A DNA stretch of 63,610 nucleotides, filler included, from Choristocarpus tenellus KU-1152 (Eukaryota > Protista > Phaeophyceae): the NCBI GenBank assembly GCA_964200185.2. It is 8 parts of 8 records of this genome, joined end to end, with 100 filler letters (N's around TTAATTAATTAA, not from the genome) between each part and the next. Parts side by side here need not be neighbours in the genome. Positions count along the whole stretch, not along the records: positions 43,960 to 55,404 come from CAXNAD020002313.1; positions 55,505 to 60,879 come from CAXNAD020010994.1; positions 60,980 to 63,610 come from CAXNAD020026119.1; 5 more parts are not named here. One strand, 5' to 3'. The position numbers and the translations under genes are program-made. Shown piece by piece: positions 52,030-63,558 of this stretch. Under the pieces are notes generated by a model, which saw only the letters and a list, made by a program, of their open reading frames with translations, ran no database searches and had not been told where the DNA came from. Positions within the stretch are counted from its first letter, which is position 1, and every line of letters begins with the position of its first letter.

Positions 52030-53807
52030 AACTATATTAACCTCCACAGTGCAGAAGGGACTCCATCTCCACGCTGGGTCGTTCGTACGATTTGGCACTG
52101 GAGCGTTGCTTCGGGGTCTGTTTTGCATTCTGTGGGCTTGTATCAAACAAAGTAGTAAGTCTTCAGCATTACTCTCGTAAGGGTAAATGCGTTTGTTCCG
52201 AAGTTCAAAAATAAGGCGAGAAATCGGCGGGTAACAAATATATGTGACTGTGTTTCTACTAGGGTCAACAAAATGTGTTTGTTCCATTTGAGACTTCTGT
52301 CATTCAAGGAGACTATTGTTTGGGTTGTTGCGATTGAAGAAGGGAGGGTCAGTGTTTTGGACTACATTGGAATGTGCCGTTAGTAGTATTTGAGTGTACT
52401 TGTCTTGTAGTACCAGGGACCTTGAAGAAGTACTTGTACTGCTCCAGAACTATTCTGCAATGGTTGAGGGGAACAAGAGGGACAAGCGACGGTTGTGTGC
52501 GTGTGTGTAAATTCTATATGAGCAGAAATTATAAAAAGAACCAAGTCCAAAAATCCAACCAGAATAAATTGCACAAGCCTTTAGGAGTGGGCGCGTCCAT
52601 TGATCCTTCTAGTATTTATTTTGTGTTTGGTCGGAAGACCTGTCGACGTGTCCATACAAAGCTGGCCACGTATGTGTTCTCATTAAACCCCTCTGAGAAA
52701 GTACTACAAGATGAAACGCCAACATTATTATTATTATTGCAGTGGAAGTTCTTGTAAAAAATAAACCAAATCTAGAGATTGGTTGACCGACCAGGAATAG
52801 GGGGTACATCACCTCAAAGAGGTACAACACCAGACACCAACATGGTATAACATTCAGAACACATCTTTTGTGGGTAAAGGATAGTTTTCCTACACACGAT
52901 ATGGATGATGACTCACTATAAAACACTATCACTTTATCGAGTGTCCGTAACATCAATTTTGAAAAGCATGTCCTGCTTCGGAGGCATTCTTATGATGTGT
53001 ACACATTCTGGACACTCAACAAAAATAAAGTTAACCAATCGAGTTATCCAAGCATATGTCGTACACACCCGTCCCCTATACAGTCCCTGCCTGTACGCCT
53101 TAGGATAGAGACTGGGTTATGTTTTGTTATGGATCTTCCATGAAATAGATATTTTGGGAAGTTTAGGGACGAGAGGAGGAGAAGGAGCTACGTCTGGTGT
53201 CACTGTGGTCTCATCCGCACCCGCAACTGTAGCTACTTGGTCATTTGGAGTAGTATATGATATTAATAGTAGAACAGTAAGGTATATATATCCTTACAGA
53301 ATTGGACTATTTCTCCATATACGTAATTATATACTCCCTCTCTTTCTCTGAAGTATGTATGTGTCACACTTCAAGGTATGATACATGAATTGTAACGATA
53401 TTTTGATATGGTTGGTGTATCGGAAGTCCTTTTTTTTGCGTGCAATGCAGTCTCTGGATTTGTTGTGTTTGTTGAATCCTCTACCTTCTTTGTTGCCTCT
53501 TGCCTCCACGACAGCATTTGCAAAATGTTAGTGAGTGTAAACAAATTCTATTGAGAGTATGTGTAAAAAAACGAGATGAATCATGACATAAAGGCGTATA
53601 GCACAGCACTTGAACTGCTATAGGGTACACATCCCACCCAACATAGGGTATCTCGAAGAAGGGTGAGACTAGGGAGGATATAACAGTGTGGCTTTCTACA
53701 TCGCGCGACTTGCTACTAATGGGCATCGACCATAGCACACGTCTTGTTCTATTTTCTATTTTTGAGGTCAGGATTAAAGCGTAATGTGATACATATATAT
53801 TGTTCAT
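52030..53807 (-). pseudogene. Decayed NCLDV minor capsid (penton)-like gene
   Basis: N-terminal LILTSKIENRTRRVLWSMP...SLVSPFFEIP (cf. IDSRxRDxxxWP...SxEIP), internal NFIFVECPE...LFKI, and C-terminal YPPISRLIFELRNKRIYPYESNAEDLLL (cf. FxPPxxxLxxLxIxxxxxxGxxYxxxxxDHxL). Confidence 0.5.
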
Positions 53808-53809
53808 TT

Positions 53810-54350
53810 ATCAGCATACAATAATTAGTATTTACAACCTATACATCACGCTATAAATTGATAGGTAAGTATGCTTGTCGGTAGAGCTGTATCTGATGTA
53901 CCTCATACTTCTTTCCTTCTTGGACTTCACATTAACCTTTTTGCAACACATCCCACCTAAGCTACAAAAAATCGTACTACACAGTACAAGAATATTGTGC
54001 TTCTAATGAGCTGTGCTGAAATTGATCACAGACACAGGTAAAGACGAGGCGATTGTTTCTGAAATAGGAAGCACTAAGTTCTACTATTAATTTCGTTCTT
54101 GTTGTGTCGTTTTTTCCGGCTTCCAGGCCCAATACTCCTATCACGAAAAATACCACTTGGGTCATACGTTATTTTGAGAACCAACAATCCGTTCTAGCAA
54201 CACCAATCAGAGCATTGTTTATTGTCTTATGAAGGGTGCCATTTTGGCCCTACCCTTATCTGACCGTGATGACCGAAATGTCACTAATTTTATGGTTAAT
54301 GATGAAGAATTCTGGTGTTTATAGTGTTTTTGAGACACACCATACAACTT
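53810..54350 (-). pseudogene. Decayed C-terminal part of a second NCLDV major-capsid-like gene
   Basis: SLPVSVINFSTA (cf. QPSGxxNFSRI) and LSIYSVMYRL*ILII (cf. IYAxxYNxLxI) end immediately before the penton-like ATG. Confidence 0.4.
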
Positions 54351-54381
54351 TGTTCTCGCAATGATGACACGCTTGGTTGAC

Positions 54382-54639
54382 GAGTGAAAGTATCTTAGAG
54401 GGTAGAGCCGCGTCCATTTGAGGGGCGAAAATCTAACGTTCCGATTTTGATATAATTTTGGCTATCGTGTTTGTTAGGAAGTATCAATACCCTTGTTCTG
54501 GAGACACCTCTTTATAACGTATACACTTCACCTACTAGGAAATTTCGGAGTAGGTAAATGTCATAAAATAACTTGTGGGAAGCCAAGCTCCAAACGGACA
54601 AATAGGGCAAATCTCATACACTCTAAGATACTTTCACTC
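54382..54639 (-). mobile_element. MITE family 1, copy F (TSD TGAC)
   Basis: GAGTGAAAGTATCTTAGAGGGTAG...TACACTCTAAGATACTTTCACTC, in reverse orientation. Confidence 0.93.
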
Positions 54640-55916
54640 TGACGTCAAGAAGGAAGCTCTCAAGCCCATACACCACACCCACATAACATTGTGCACAGTC
54701 TGCATATGCATTTAACTATTAGTACTATATTATGGAAATTTTCTGGAACTTAAAGGACATCCCTTAAGTATCTGGGGGGGGGGGGGGTTAGAGTCCGTTT
54801 TTTACCTTTCTTTTATTTTTGTTTTTTGGNNNNNNNNNNTAAGTATCTGGGGGGGGGGGTGTTAGAGTCCGTTTTTTACCCTTCTTCGATTTTCGCTTTT
54901 TGGTGTGATTTGGTCGCATGTGTCGGATTTGAAATGTCAGCAAAAAAAAGAAGACTGTTGGTTAGGTTCCTTTCTGTCCTTGCGTACGCAAGAGGAATGG
55001 AAATATATGCCGCCACTTAATTGGGTGTGGTTAGGAGTATCAACGTTTGCATGTGTCGGATTTCGAGTCTATTCAAACAGGTTTATTGATTTATGTGTGT
55101 TGGTCGTACAGTTAGGATGAAGAATGAGAGTTATGGGTTAGGCTGTTCCAGGGCTGGATATTGGTTTATTCGGTTGCATGAGTGGGATTTGGTTAGCACA
55201 TAAAGAGGGCTGTCGGTTAGGGTGTGTTTTCCTACTGTTGGATGAGGAATTGAAAAAAAGAATATGGGCTGTTGCGAGGTTGTTTTTTTTTGTTTATATT
55301 TGCTTGCATGAGTCGTGTCTGGTATGTACTCAAAGAGGACTGTCAGACTCAAAGTATCTGGGAGGGGGTGGCGGCTGTCCATTTGGGGTCAATTTTTTCA
55401 TGTCNNNNNNNNNNNNNNNNNNNNNNNNNNNNNNNNNNNNNNNNNNNNTTAATTAATTAANNNNNNNNNNNNNNNNNNNNNNNNNNNNNNNNNNNNNNNN
55501 NNNNGCCTTGATGAATGGCGCGGTGCGGGGGTGGGTGATCTGGGGGGGGGGGAGGGGGAAGAAGTGATACGGTTCTGGTCGTTCACTTGACCAGAGGAAG
55601 ACATTACTGTGATTAGGGATGAATCGATATGTCGTACTAACTAGTATGGTACACCATCCTGCATATGCAGTGTTAACTGTGTTGTATTTCACAGTGAGGT
55701 GATGCGACAATTGAGATGAATTTTTTCAACATGGACTAATCGGGGCCAAACCAGTTCCACGAGTCAACAGCTTTGGTAGATGCATTTTTAGATAAGCCAT
55801 ACACACACATACACACACGCTCGTGCACTTTCCCCCTGCCTTGTGTTTGTGCCAGTCTGCACCCTTTTGACAATGTTTTTTTTTTTTGAACTAATGCAAC
55901 ACTTGTTTTTGAGCAG

Positions 55917-56115
55917 GCGTGTTATAACTGTACGAGAAGGACAAAACTCAGGAGGGCATAGGCCACTAAATGAGGGGGGCAGGGTGCCACGAATTGGAGG
56001 AGGGAGAGGAGGAGGAGGGAGAGGAGGAGGAGGAGAGGGCTATGGAAATGGAGGTGGTAGAGGTGGCAGCTACAATGGGGGTGGCCGGGTAGGCAATGGC
56101 TACAGGCAAAACTGA
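55917..56115 (+). CDS. Terminal exon of an RRM protein with a Gly/RGG-rich tail
   Basis: A pyrimidine tract and CAG acceptor precede xRVITVREGQ (likely the last RRM strand, cf. GRxIxVRE), then GGRGGGGRGGGGEGYGNGGGRGGSYNGGG...*. Confidence 0.7.
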
Positions 56116-56879
56116 TGCTAGTGTTGAATATGACTAGGGTATGACTCTCTCTTTGTCACTGTGAGGTGTACCGCTACCATGGTCCTTTGGGCTGTTCTGG
56201 AGTGCCTTGTTGGAGCTATGGGCGTGTGAAGGAACATGGTGGACTCTGGTGTGGTTGCTACAGAGGGTTCGAAGCGGTGGGGGCAGGGGTTTGAGTGGGT
56301 ATAGGTGGGTTGGGTTGGTTATGACCCTGGTAAATTTTAGAGATGAAATGACTAGATTCACCGGGCAAGATGATTTTAGATGATTTTTGAGGTTTGAAGC
56401 CTATGGAATAGAGTGAACCTTGTGGAGATGCACCATACACAGCACAGGAGGGAAGTTATATTGTGCTTGGAAGATGTTCTCTGTAGCTGTGGTCGTTGAT
56501 ACAAATATGGTGATGCACCATTGCGTGTGTCCCTTTCACCATTAGCATTTTATAATGCTGAATATAATTGTGCTAGTATTGTTGCTCTTTCTGAGGTTGG
56601 ATGATTTAACGATATTACATCCTCGGTGAAGTAAGGCTGTAAGGTAGACTGTGATGTTTATGGACAACGGAAGGGGAAGAGGAAGTCTGCACCAATGATT
56701 GTCCTTCACCTGTGACTTGGGGAGCCTTATTTTTCATGCTCAGTAGTATTGTATTCAAGGGTGAAGGGGTTTCAAGGACAGAAACCCATAATACTACTAC
56801 AACACAAAATAATGTCGGCTGTAGACAGATTTCCTTGCATCATATTTCATATTTCATAGAATGACAGGACGTACCTCTC

Positions 56880-58700
56880 TAGAGTACTCTGGTATTTAAA
56901 CCTTGTCATCATTGGTACAATACCTTTTTGGCTGCATCATCTTGTGATGACAGACAAATATTGCATGGCGGATTCTTGCTGATTGACAAGAGTCTTGTTT
57001 CTTGGTTGCCAAAAGGGAACCTAAGTAGCATTCTTTTCTCCTCTTATTGTGAGGTACTTTATATTTATAGACCGCCTCCAAGCAATACCTGAGCATTTAA
57101 ATATTCCAAACTGAACTGATGGAGAGGTGGGCTGTTAATCCAGAAGACGTCCCAGAACAGTTTCAGATATTGTAGTGTAAAGCAATATTCATGACTTGGT
57201 CATTGAAATGTATGAATAGTTCTTTGCATAGGACTCAAAAGTTGTATGTCACATGCCTTTATACAACTAGGTAAATGGCTGCAAAATCAACAATGTCCAA
57301 CTTGCTTCCAAACATGGCATTATTGATCTGTCTCCTTACCCCACCCCCAAAACTAGAAACGGTACATAATACATCACTCTGCCTTGTGCTGAGAACTGAT
57401 ACAACCTTTGTTCTTTTGTGGTCTGGCAAATGGTGTCTGACATGGAGTTCTGTTAATGCATCTGTGATATCAAAAAAGATGTCATAAGTAATAAGATAAT
57501 AGCAAAGATAACGGATTTATCTGGTTTTTTAAGGGAGGTGCCTATAAAACAAAATACAGATATTAATATCGAGGTTGGATCAGATCAAATAGTTAGGACA
57601 CAAAACTTAGGCATTGGAGATGGAGTTCTTAAACTTGATGCTAAATTTAGTGATAGCAAAATTTTCGCAAATATAATTGTAGATAAAGCGCCGATTATAG
57701 CTTTTCCAGATGTTTTCCCGCGTATTTTGCGTAATTACCTCAATTTCCCTGAGAGTCTTCTTATCCACTCCTCCAGATCACAACCCAAGTGCCCCTACTT
57801 CTTTAGTTTCTACGTATGTAGTCCTCCACAAGTATTCCTGAGCGACCTTTAAACAACAGCACCAAACTGCAATACACTTGCATGGTTAACACTGCCTCCA
57901 AACACCCGATCTAATTTGATGAGCCCAGTCCGCCATGGAATTGTACCAGGGAATAGTATGCACATCCTGTGCAAGATTAAGAATCACTTCATTGCGTCCT
58001 CCCTCTCCCCCATGACGTTTCCTCTATCATGCAAACCAGTCTGTAATATACTGTGCTTGGTGGGCAAAAGAGCTTTACATCGTATAGTGGTTACAGGCCT
58101 TTTACAGATACCAGTTGTTCTTACGGCATGCACATGGCGAGTCTTCTTCATACCTCTGCAAATCTCACTTTCCTACTTGCACAGAAGGTTCTATTAAAAT
58201 TTAGATCAGTTGTACACTTTGAAGAAATAAAATATAAAATGTTACTTGAATACTGAATATGTGGATATCACTAGTGGCGAAACTTGTACGGAATATTTTG
58301 GACTGGGGCAGACCTATCTCTCTGAAAAATGCTGGCAGTATCACTGAAAGTATTTTAGACCTCGGGCTGGGTCTCCAGCATAGAACCCACAACAAACCAC
58401 AGTAGCAATCTGTATTATTTGAAATATTAGCTATTTTGCGAATATTAGGAGGAACAGAGATTCTTAGTGAAGGTGCACCCATCACTCAAGATCAAATTTC
58501 AACAAGGCTTTATCCAATGTCAATCAAGGATGTCAGTACCTCTGCAATCGAGAATATACATCACAATGAGCCTTACCAACTCACACCGTACACAATAAGA
58601 ACCTACCAAGCCACATTGTCACTTCCACAGAGCAAGACATGCATTGCCACACATCTTCATAGACTATTCACTGCCTCCTGGGCACATACCGCTCCCTCTG
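56880..58700 (+). mobile_element. Highly decayed Ty3/gypsy pol (RT/RNase H/integrase) remnant
   Basis: VCTSCARLRITSLRPP resembles the integrase Zn finger, and ICGYH resembles xAYHP. Upstream RT/RNase H motifs are weak. Confidence 0.4.
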
Positions 58701-59300
58701 CTACTTAATGTTCAATTGCTAGATCTGATTAAATTGTGATGGATCGAAATTGAAAATCATGGGAGCAATTGCTAATTTTTTTGTGAAGCATGCTGGCACC
58801 AATTTCCACCAGAGCTTGTGATGCATGCGATTCACTCCACCCATTCACGCCCTACATGCATGTTTCACTTCAGATCGATTGCATCGAAATTTTTCGTGGC
58901 AATTTAAATTACACCCACAAATGCTTTCGTTTCACAACACAAGTACTGTGGAGGGGCGGGCGTGCCTGTGATGGCTTGATTGCTACTGCAGTGATAACTC
59001 TATGTGGTTTATCGATACAAATCTTGCCAATGAGCGATTTCAAAGCATCCAGCAACAATAAATTGTATTATTTCTCATCATAAAACACACACACATCAAT
59101 ATGCCTCTGATACTGTTGGTCTGATACTGTTGGTATACATACCTATATATTACATACAAATATAGATGCAGTCTACCGAGGATATACTTCGATATACCAT
59201 ACCATTGTAGTACCATACTATTGTAGTACCATACTATTGTATGTACAAAAGCCGATTTTCGTCCCACCCTTTGCCAAAATATCTGTCATGACATATTTAA

Positions 59301-60466
59301 TCATTTTCCTGGGGTGTGGTGGACAACATGATCCGTCTCCATCATCTTCTGGAACTCCGAAAACGAGATCTCTCCGTCCCCATCCAGATCAATCCCTCCT
59401 GTCAGTCCACAGTAATGCAAGGGAGGGTCAAGGAGGTGGTGGGGACAAGTTGGTGCCAACATTATCTCCTTTTCCTTTCACTAGTGTGCAAAAACATCTA
59501 CTCATTCGTCAGGCTACACAAAGCATAAATCAACGCAAAACTTGGTCACTAGTGAACACTGTCTAATTGAACCACTCCCACGGCATGCCAGTACTCACCA
59601 CCATTGACCCTACAGAAGTACACAGTCCGGCAATCACCAAGGAAACTGTGAGAAAAAACCTAACCCTAATCCCAACAACACACACACACACACATATACG
59701 CACATTGGTCCTATTCCCAGTCACACGCATCAAGAGTTCCTCACCCACGATTTCCCTGGCATGATCCTCACTGCCAAAAATCTTGACCAGGTTCGCTGCC
59801 GTTATGCTGCCTGTACCCCCCAAGTCGAAGTATTGAAAGGCTCTCCTAACATTGTCCTCTCGAATGAAGATGTTCCGGTCCATGGTCGCCGCTAGAAACT
59901 CCTGTTGCACCAGCAGGCGCAGCCAAAGTCAACAACATCAAGAGGTTCAAATGCAGCACAATCCTACTGCTTGCATAGACTAATAATTGACTTGTTTCTA
60001 AGCATCACATTTCCTTCTTTTAAAAAAAAAAGGAACTGCTCCTTGCTTCTACAGGAGAGAAGTAGTATGGTGGGTTGCGCAACAGGTATTTCTCACAAGA
60101 ATTGCACGCTAATGTTGACTAGTAGTTTCAAGACAGCAAAACTTCAGCTCATGCTCGTGTCCACCATGGACAAAGGGACACATAGTTGCCTGCGAGAGGA
60201 GAAAAAAGTAAAAAATAATATACGTACAGCACCTTATCACTCATGTTTTACAAAAAATCATTCCCTTGCCAACAATATATATATATATATATATATCTGT
60301 ATGTATGTGAGAGGCAGTGGCAGCATTGAAACGTCATGAATGTCCATCTCATTGGCAGAAGACAACAACTATAAAAAGGACATCACCTGCCACTCAATAG
60401 AATCGTTCTCGTCGATGTCAATCCCCTTCATGAGAGCAACAATCTCGTCCTCAATGTACTCCAATC
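59301..60466 (-). CDS. CDPK: Calcium-dependent protein kinase, calmodulin-like C-terminal domain (5'-partial); exons 60466-60387, 59901-59745, 59398-59301
   Basis: In-phase splicing gives LEYIEDEIVALMKGIDIDENDSIEWQEFLAATMDRNIFIREDNVRRAFQYFDLGGTGSITAANLVKIFGSEDHAREIVGGIDLDGDGEISFSEFQKMM...*: three EF hands with the CDPK EFLAAT/AFxYFD signature. The kinase domain is not on this contig. Confidence 0.88.
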
Positions 60467-60776
60467 CTTGAACAACAGGCAGAGAGGGAAGGGAAAGGGG
60501 GGGAAGCTGGAGGGGTAAGGGAAGCCCCAAATGCCTCCGCAAATACTACAAAGAGAAAGGAAGGTGGGGTGTGTAACATCTGTTACTTCATCCCCTCCCC
60601 CAAAACAAACTTGAGTAACATCTTTTACTTGAGGGGTGAACGGAAGGTGTAGATCACAAGACACCATCGCCATTGCGCACAAGACACCAATTACACACAC
60701 ACCAAACATCCACAGGGCCATGGATGCACGAGCTTTCAAAGGTCAACCGAAGTTTTCCTTGTCGATCTTGTTCTCT

Positions 60777-60808
<32 letters not shown>

Positions 60809-61249
60809 CCCCCCTCGGGGGGGGGGGGGGGGGGGGGGCGAGGGAGCGGGCCGACAACACACAGAAGCAACAAAACAGANNNNNNNNNNNNNNNNNNNNN
60901 NNNNNNNNNNNNNNNNNNNNNNNTTAATTAATTAANNNNNNNNNNNNNNNNNNNNNNNNNNNNNNNNNNNNNNNNNNNNGGGTGGGGGCGGGGTGGGGGG
61001 GTGGGGGGGGGGGTGGGGGGGTGGGGTCAGGGGGGTGGGGGCTTGAAGTGTATATCAGAAATTGTATTCTATGAGTTTTGACAAAATCATTTGTTAGATG
61101 ATTTTCCATCTGTGTGCCTAAACACGTGTGCGCCCTGAAATAAATAAACTCATCCCTAAGCCTAACCAACTGAGAGGGCTGGTGTGCCGGTTTGCCCCAG
61201 GTTCATGAGCACCTCGGTGAAATTATGGAGCGGGAGCGAGAACCACCCC

Positions 61250-61335
61250 TACATAAATACATAAATACATAAATAATTACATCAATACATAAATACATAA
61301 ATACATACATGCATAAATACATACATACATACAAT
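61250..61335. repeat. (ATAC/ATAA)n tetranucleotide microsatellite
   Basis: acataaatacataaatacataaataatt...acatacatacat. Confidence 0.85.
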
Positions 61336-61789
61336 ATACTGAACATGTAGTAATATCCAAACAGTGAAACAACTTTGTACATCAATACACAGATGCTGCA
61401 CACTATTCAAGACTCGTTCAAACATGATCGAACTCCCGCTCCACCCCCCCACCTACCCCCCCCTTCCCCCACCACCTCCCCCAAAAACTCACAANNNNNN
61501 NNNNACATGATCGAACTCCCTCCCCCCTCCCCCCTCCTCCCCCACCTGCTATCACCCGGGTCTCAGCACCGACACATGCCTAGAACAATACAACTCCTGT
61601 CTCTGTACGAAGTACGCTTTATCCTTCACATTCAGACACAACAAGGGAGTAGATGCTGCGCAAATGGCAGTGGCATCACAACTTCCATCGCCATTTTCCA
61701 ACCTCCATCATGAATTACTCTGAACCATAGTCTCAAGGCACACTCCTCCACATGCCAAGGTTAGCTAGCACCTTCTCATACACTGAGAT

Positions 61790-63250
61790 AAGTCATCCTG
61801 CCACTCGCCAGTCAACCTACCACCCCATCTCCTCCATACCCAGTTGAACGTAGTGTGGATCTCTTGTACATGACAGAACACCAATGTCTGCATTTCAGTT
61901 ACTTCTTTTTTTTCTACAGCAGTAGTCCCTGCAACAACGAGAGCCGCATGCACACCAACTGGGAACTAAATTCCCTTCCTACTTTCACCGATAAAACAGT
62001 CAGTTTAACCACACAATGCTTGGGAAGACAACAAGACGCTTGGTTCAAACATCACCAGAAAGACCCCTGGTGAAAAAACCTCGTCGTCGTTGAGGTTCGA
62101 ACTCAGGGAAATAGACATGAAAAGTGCTGACTGTACCCACTCCACTAAGCCTCCCAACCCTAACCCTCAACTCTAACGCCTGACACATGACACTACATAT
62201 AAGACAAGAACACCCAAGACGCATTAAAACCACATCATCATTTATCACTCCACCAAAACAAGCACACCTATTCATCCACAACAAGAGAGTCAAGTGTAAT
62301 TTTTTTAATATATTTTTTCCCCTTTGCAAGTAAGTCCCAAGGTACTGGACCGAGTGTGAGGGTCCAATGGGACCTAAAAAAATAAAAAAGCAAAAAACAC
62401 AATACACACATCCAAAAAAACGTCATTCCAGCTTGATTCTGTCCATAAATTTTCTACAAATTTAAAGTACCCCCCACCCCCCTATTATCCAGGTGTAACT
62501 GCACTGCACCTCTAGCACAATGGCATCTGTCCGCCCACCCTGCTCATCCGATTCCTCCGGAAGGTGCAGCTCCGATTCCGTCACAACTGCCTCCAGAATA
62601 ATTGGTCTTATGAATCAAATAGGGGGAGGGGGGGAAGGGGGTGGGGGAGGCTAGTGAATTTCCTGAACAGGTGAGTAGGCATTGTTTTTCATCAGCGTAA
62701 CTGTTAAGAGCAGAGCTACCCCTAAACGCTAAACCCTAAACCCTAAACCCTAAACCCTAAAACCCTAAAACCCTAAACCCTAAACCCTAACCCTAACCCT
62801 AACCGTATCAAGAACAAAAGACATCAATGATCGACAGATTTTCGTACACAAAACAATCCAAAACATGCATCAGAAAAATGACCTCTACCTCCAACACCAA
62901 CACCAACACTCTCAAGCCAACTCAGCTCTCAGCGCTGACCATACTCCTCCCCCTCCCCCTCCCCCTCCAATCGACCTCCTCCCATACACACACTACAGTC
63001 CCACTGTGTGAGAACACTCAAGTCTCAGCACATCATGTACACTTGTCAAAGATTATGGTTGACCATTTGCGAGAATTAACATTCTAAATAATATTTTTTT
63101 ATTTATGTACAGACGATGATCCGGGACATTAAGGATACTTAGGGTTAGGGGTATCATTTGACCAGAAGCAATTGGTGGAATATTAGAGTCGGAGTGTCTC
63201 CGATGTGTGCTAGAGAACTGTTGAGCCATTTGGTATTCTGAGTCATTTAC
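61790..63250 (-). CDS. Possible internal exons of an unidentified gene (e.g. ~62510-62606 PIILEAVVTESELHLPEESDEQGGRTDAIVLE)
   Basis: Short open segments with AG/GT boundaries. Phases could not be joined consistently and no family was recognised. Confidence 0.3.
62720..62804. repeat. Interstitial telomere-like array with mixed 6/7/8-nt units
   Basis: CCCTAAA, CGCTAAA, (CCCTAAA)3, (CCCTAAAA)2, (CCCTAAA)2, (CCCTAA)3. Confidence 0.95.
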
Positions 63251-63528
63251 TGTAAGGTTTGGTGAGCCCCATCCAGTGATGGTATCTCACTCTCTTCTCA
63301 ACTGTGATACAAGCTAATAAACAATAATATAAGTGGTCTTGTGGGACAACAGATCATCAAGGACAGCTTAACAACACTTCTCTGTCCTACTTCTTGCAAG
63401 GTATACCCTCTTAAGTACAACACTGCGTAACCTTACAAGTCAATCCCCTGCAAGGTATACCCTCTTAAGTACCACAGTCTTGCTTCAGCACAGAACAAAT
63501 CACAAAGAAGGTCTACTCCGCAATCAGA

Positions 63529-63558
63529 TAACCCTAACCCTAACCCTAACCCTAACCC
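63529..63558. repeat. Interstitial (TAACCC)5 telomeric repeat
   Basis: taaccctaaccctaaccctaaccctaaccc. Confidence 0.95.

Noticed and set aside
54765-54905. Direct repeat around the 10-N gap (likewise ~61425-61520)
   Set aside because: The same sequence is repeated on both sides of a scaffold gap next to homopolymer runs; most likely an assembly overlap artefact.
15912-60979. Recurrent TTAATTAATTAA motif flanked by Ns
   Set aside because: Artificial six-frame-stop contig linker. It also invalidates any gene-cluster argument across contigs.
156-63087. Most 60-200 aa ORFs in the supplied track
   Set aside because: They are random or TE-derived frames. The real genes here are spliced and only partly overlap these ORFs.
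63395-63472. 24-bp direct repeat TGCAAGGTATACCCTCTTAAGTAC x2 with a 30-bp spacer (CRISPR-like spacing)
   Set aside because: Only two units, eukaryotic context and no cas genes; a local duplication is sufficient.
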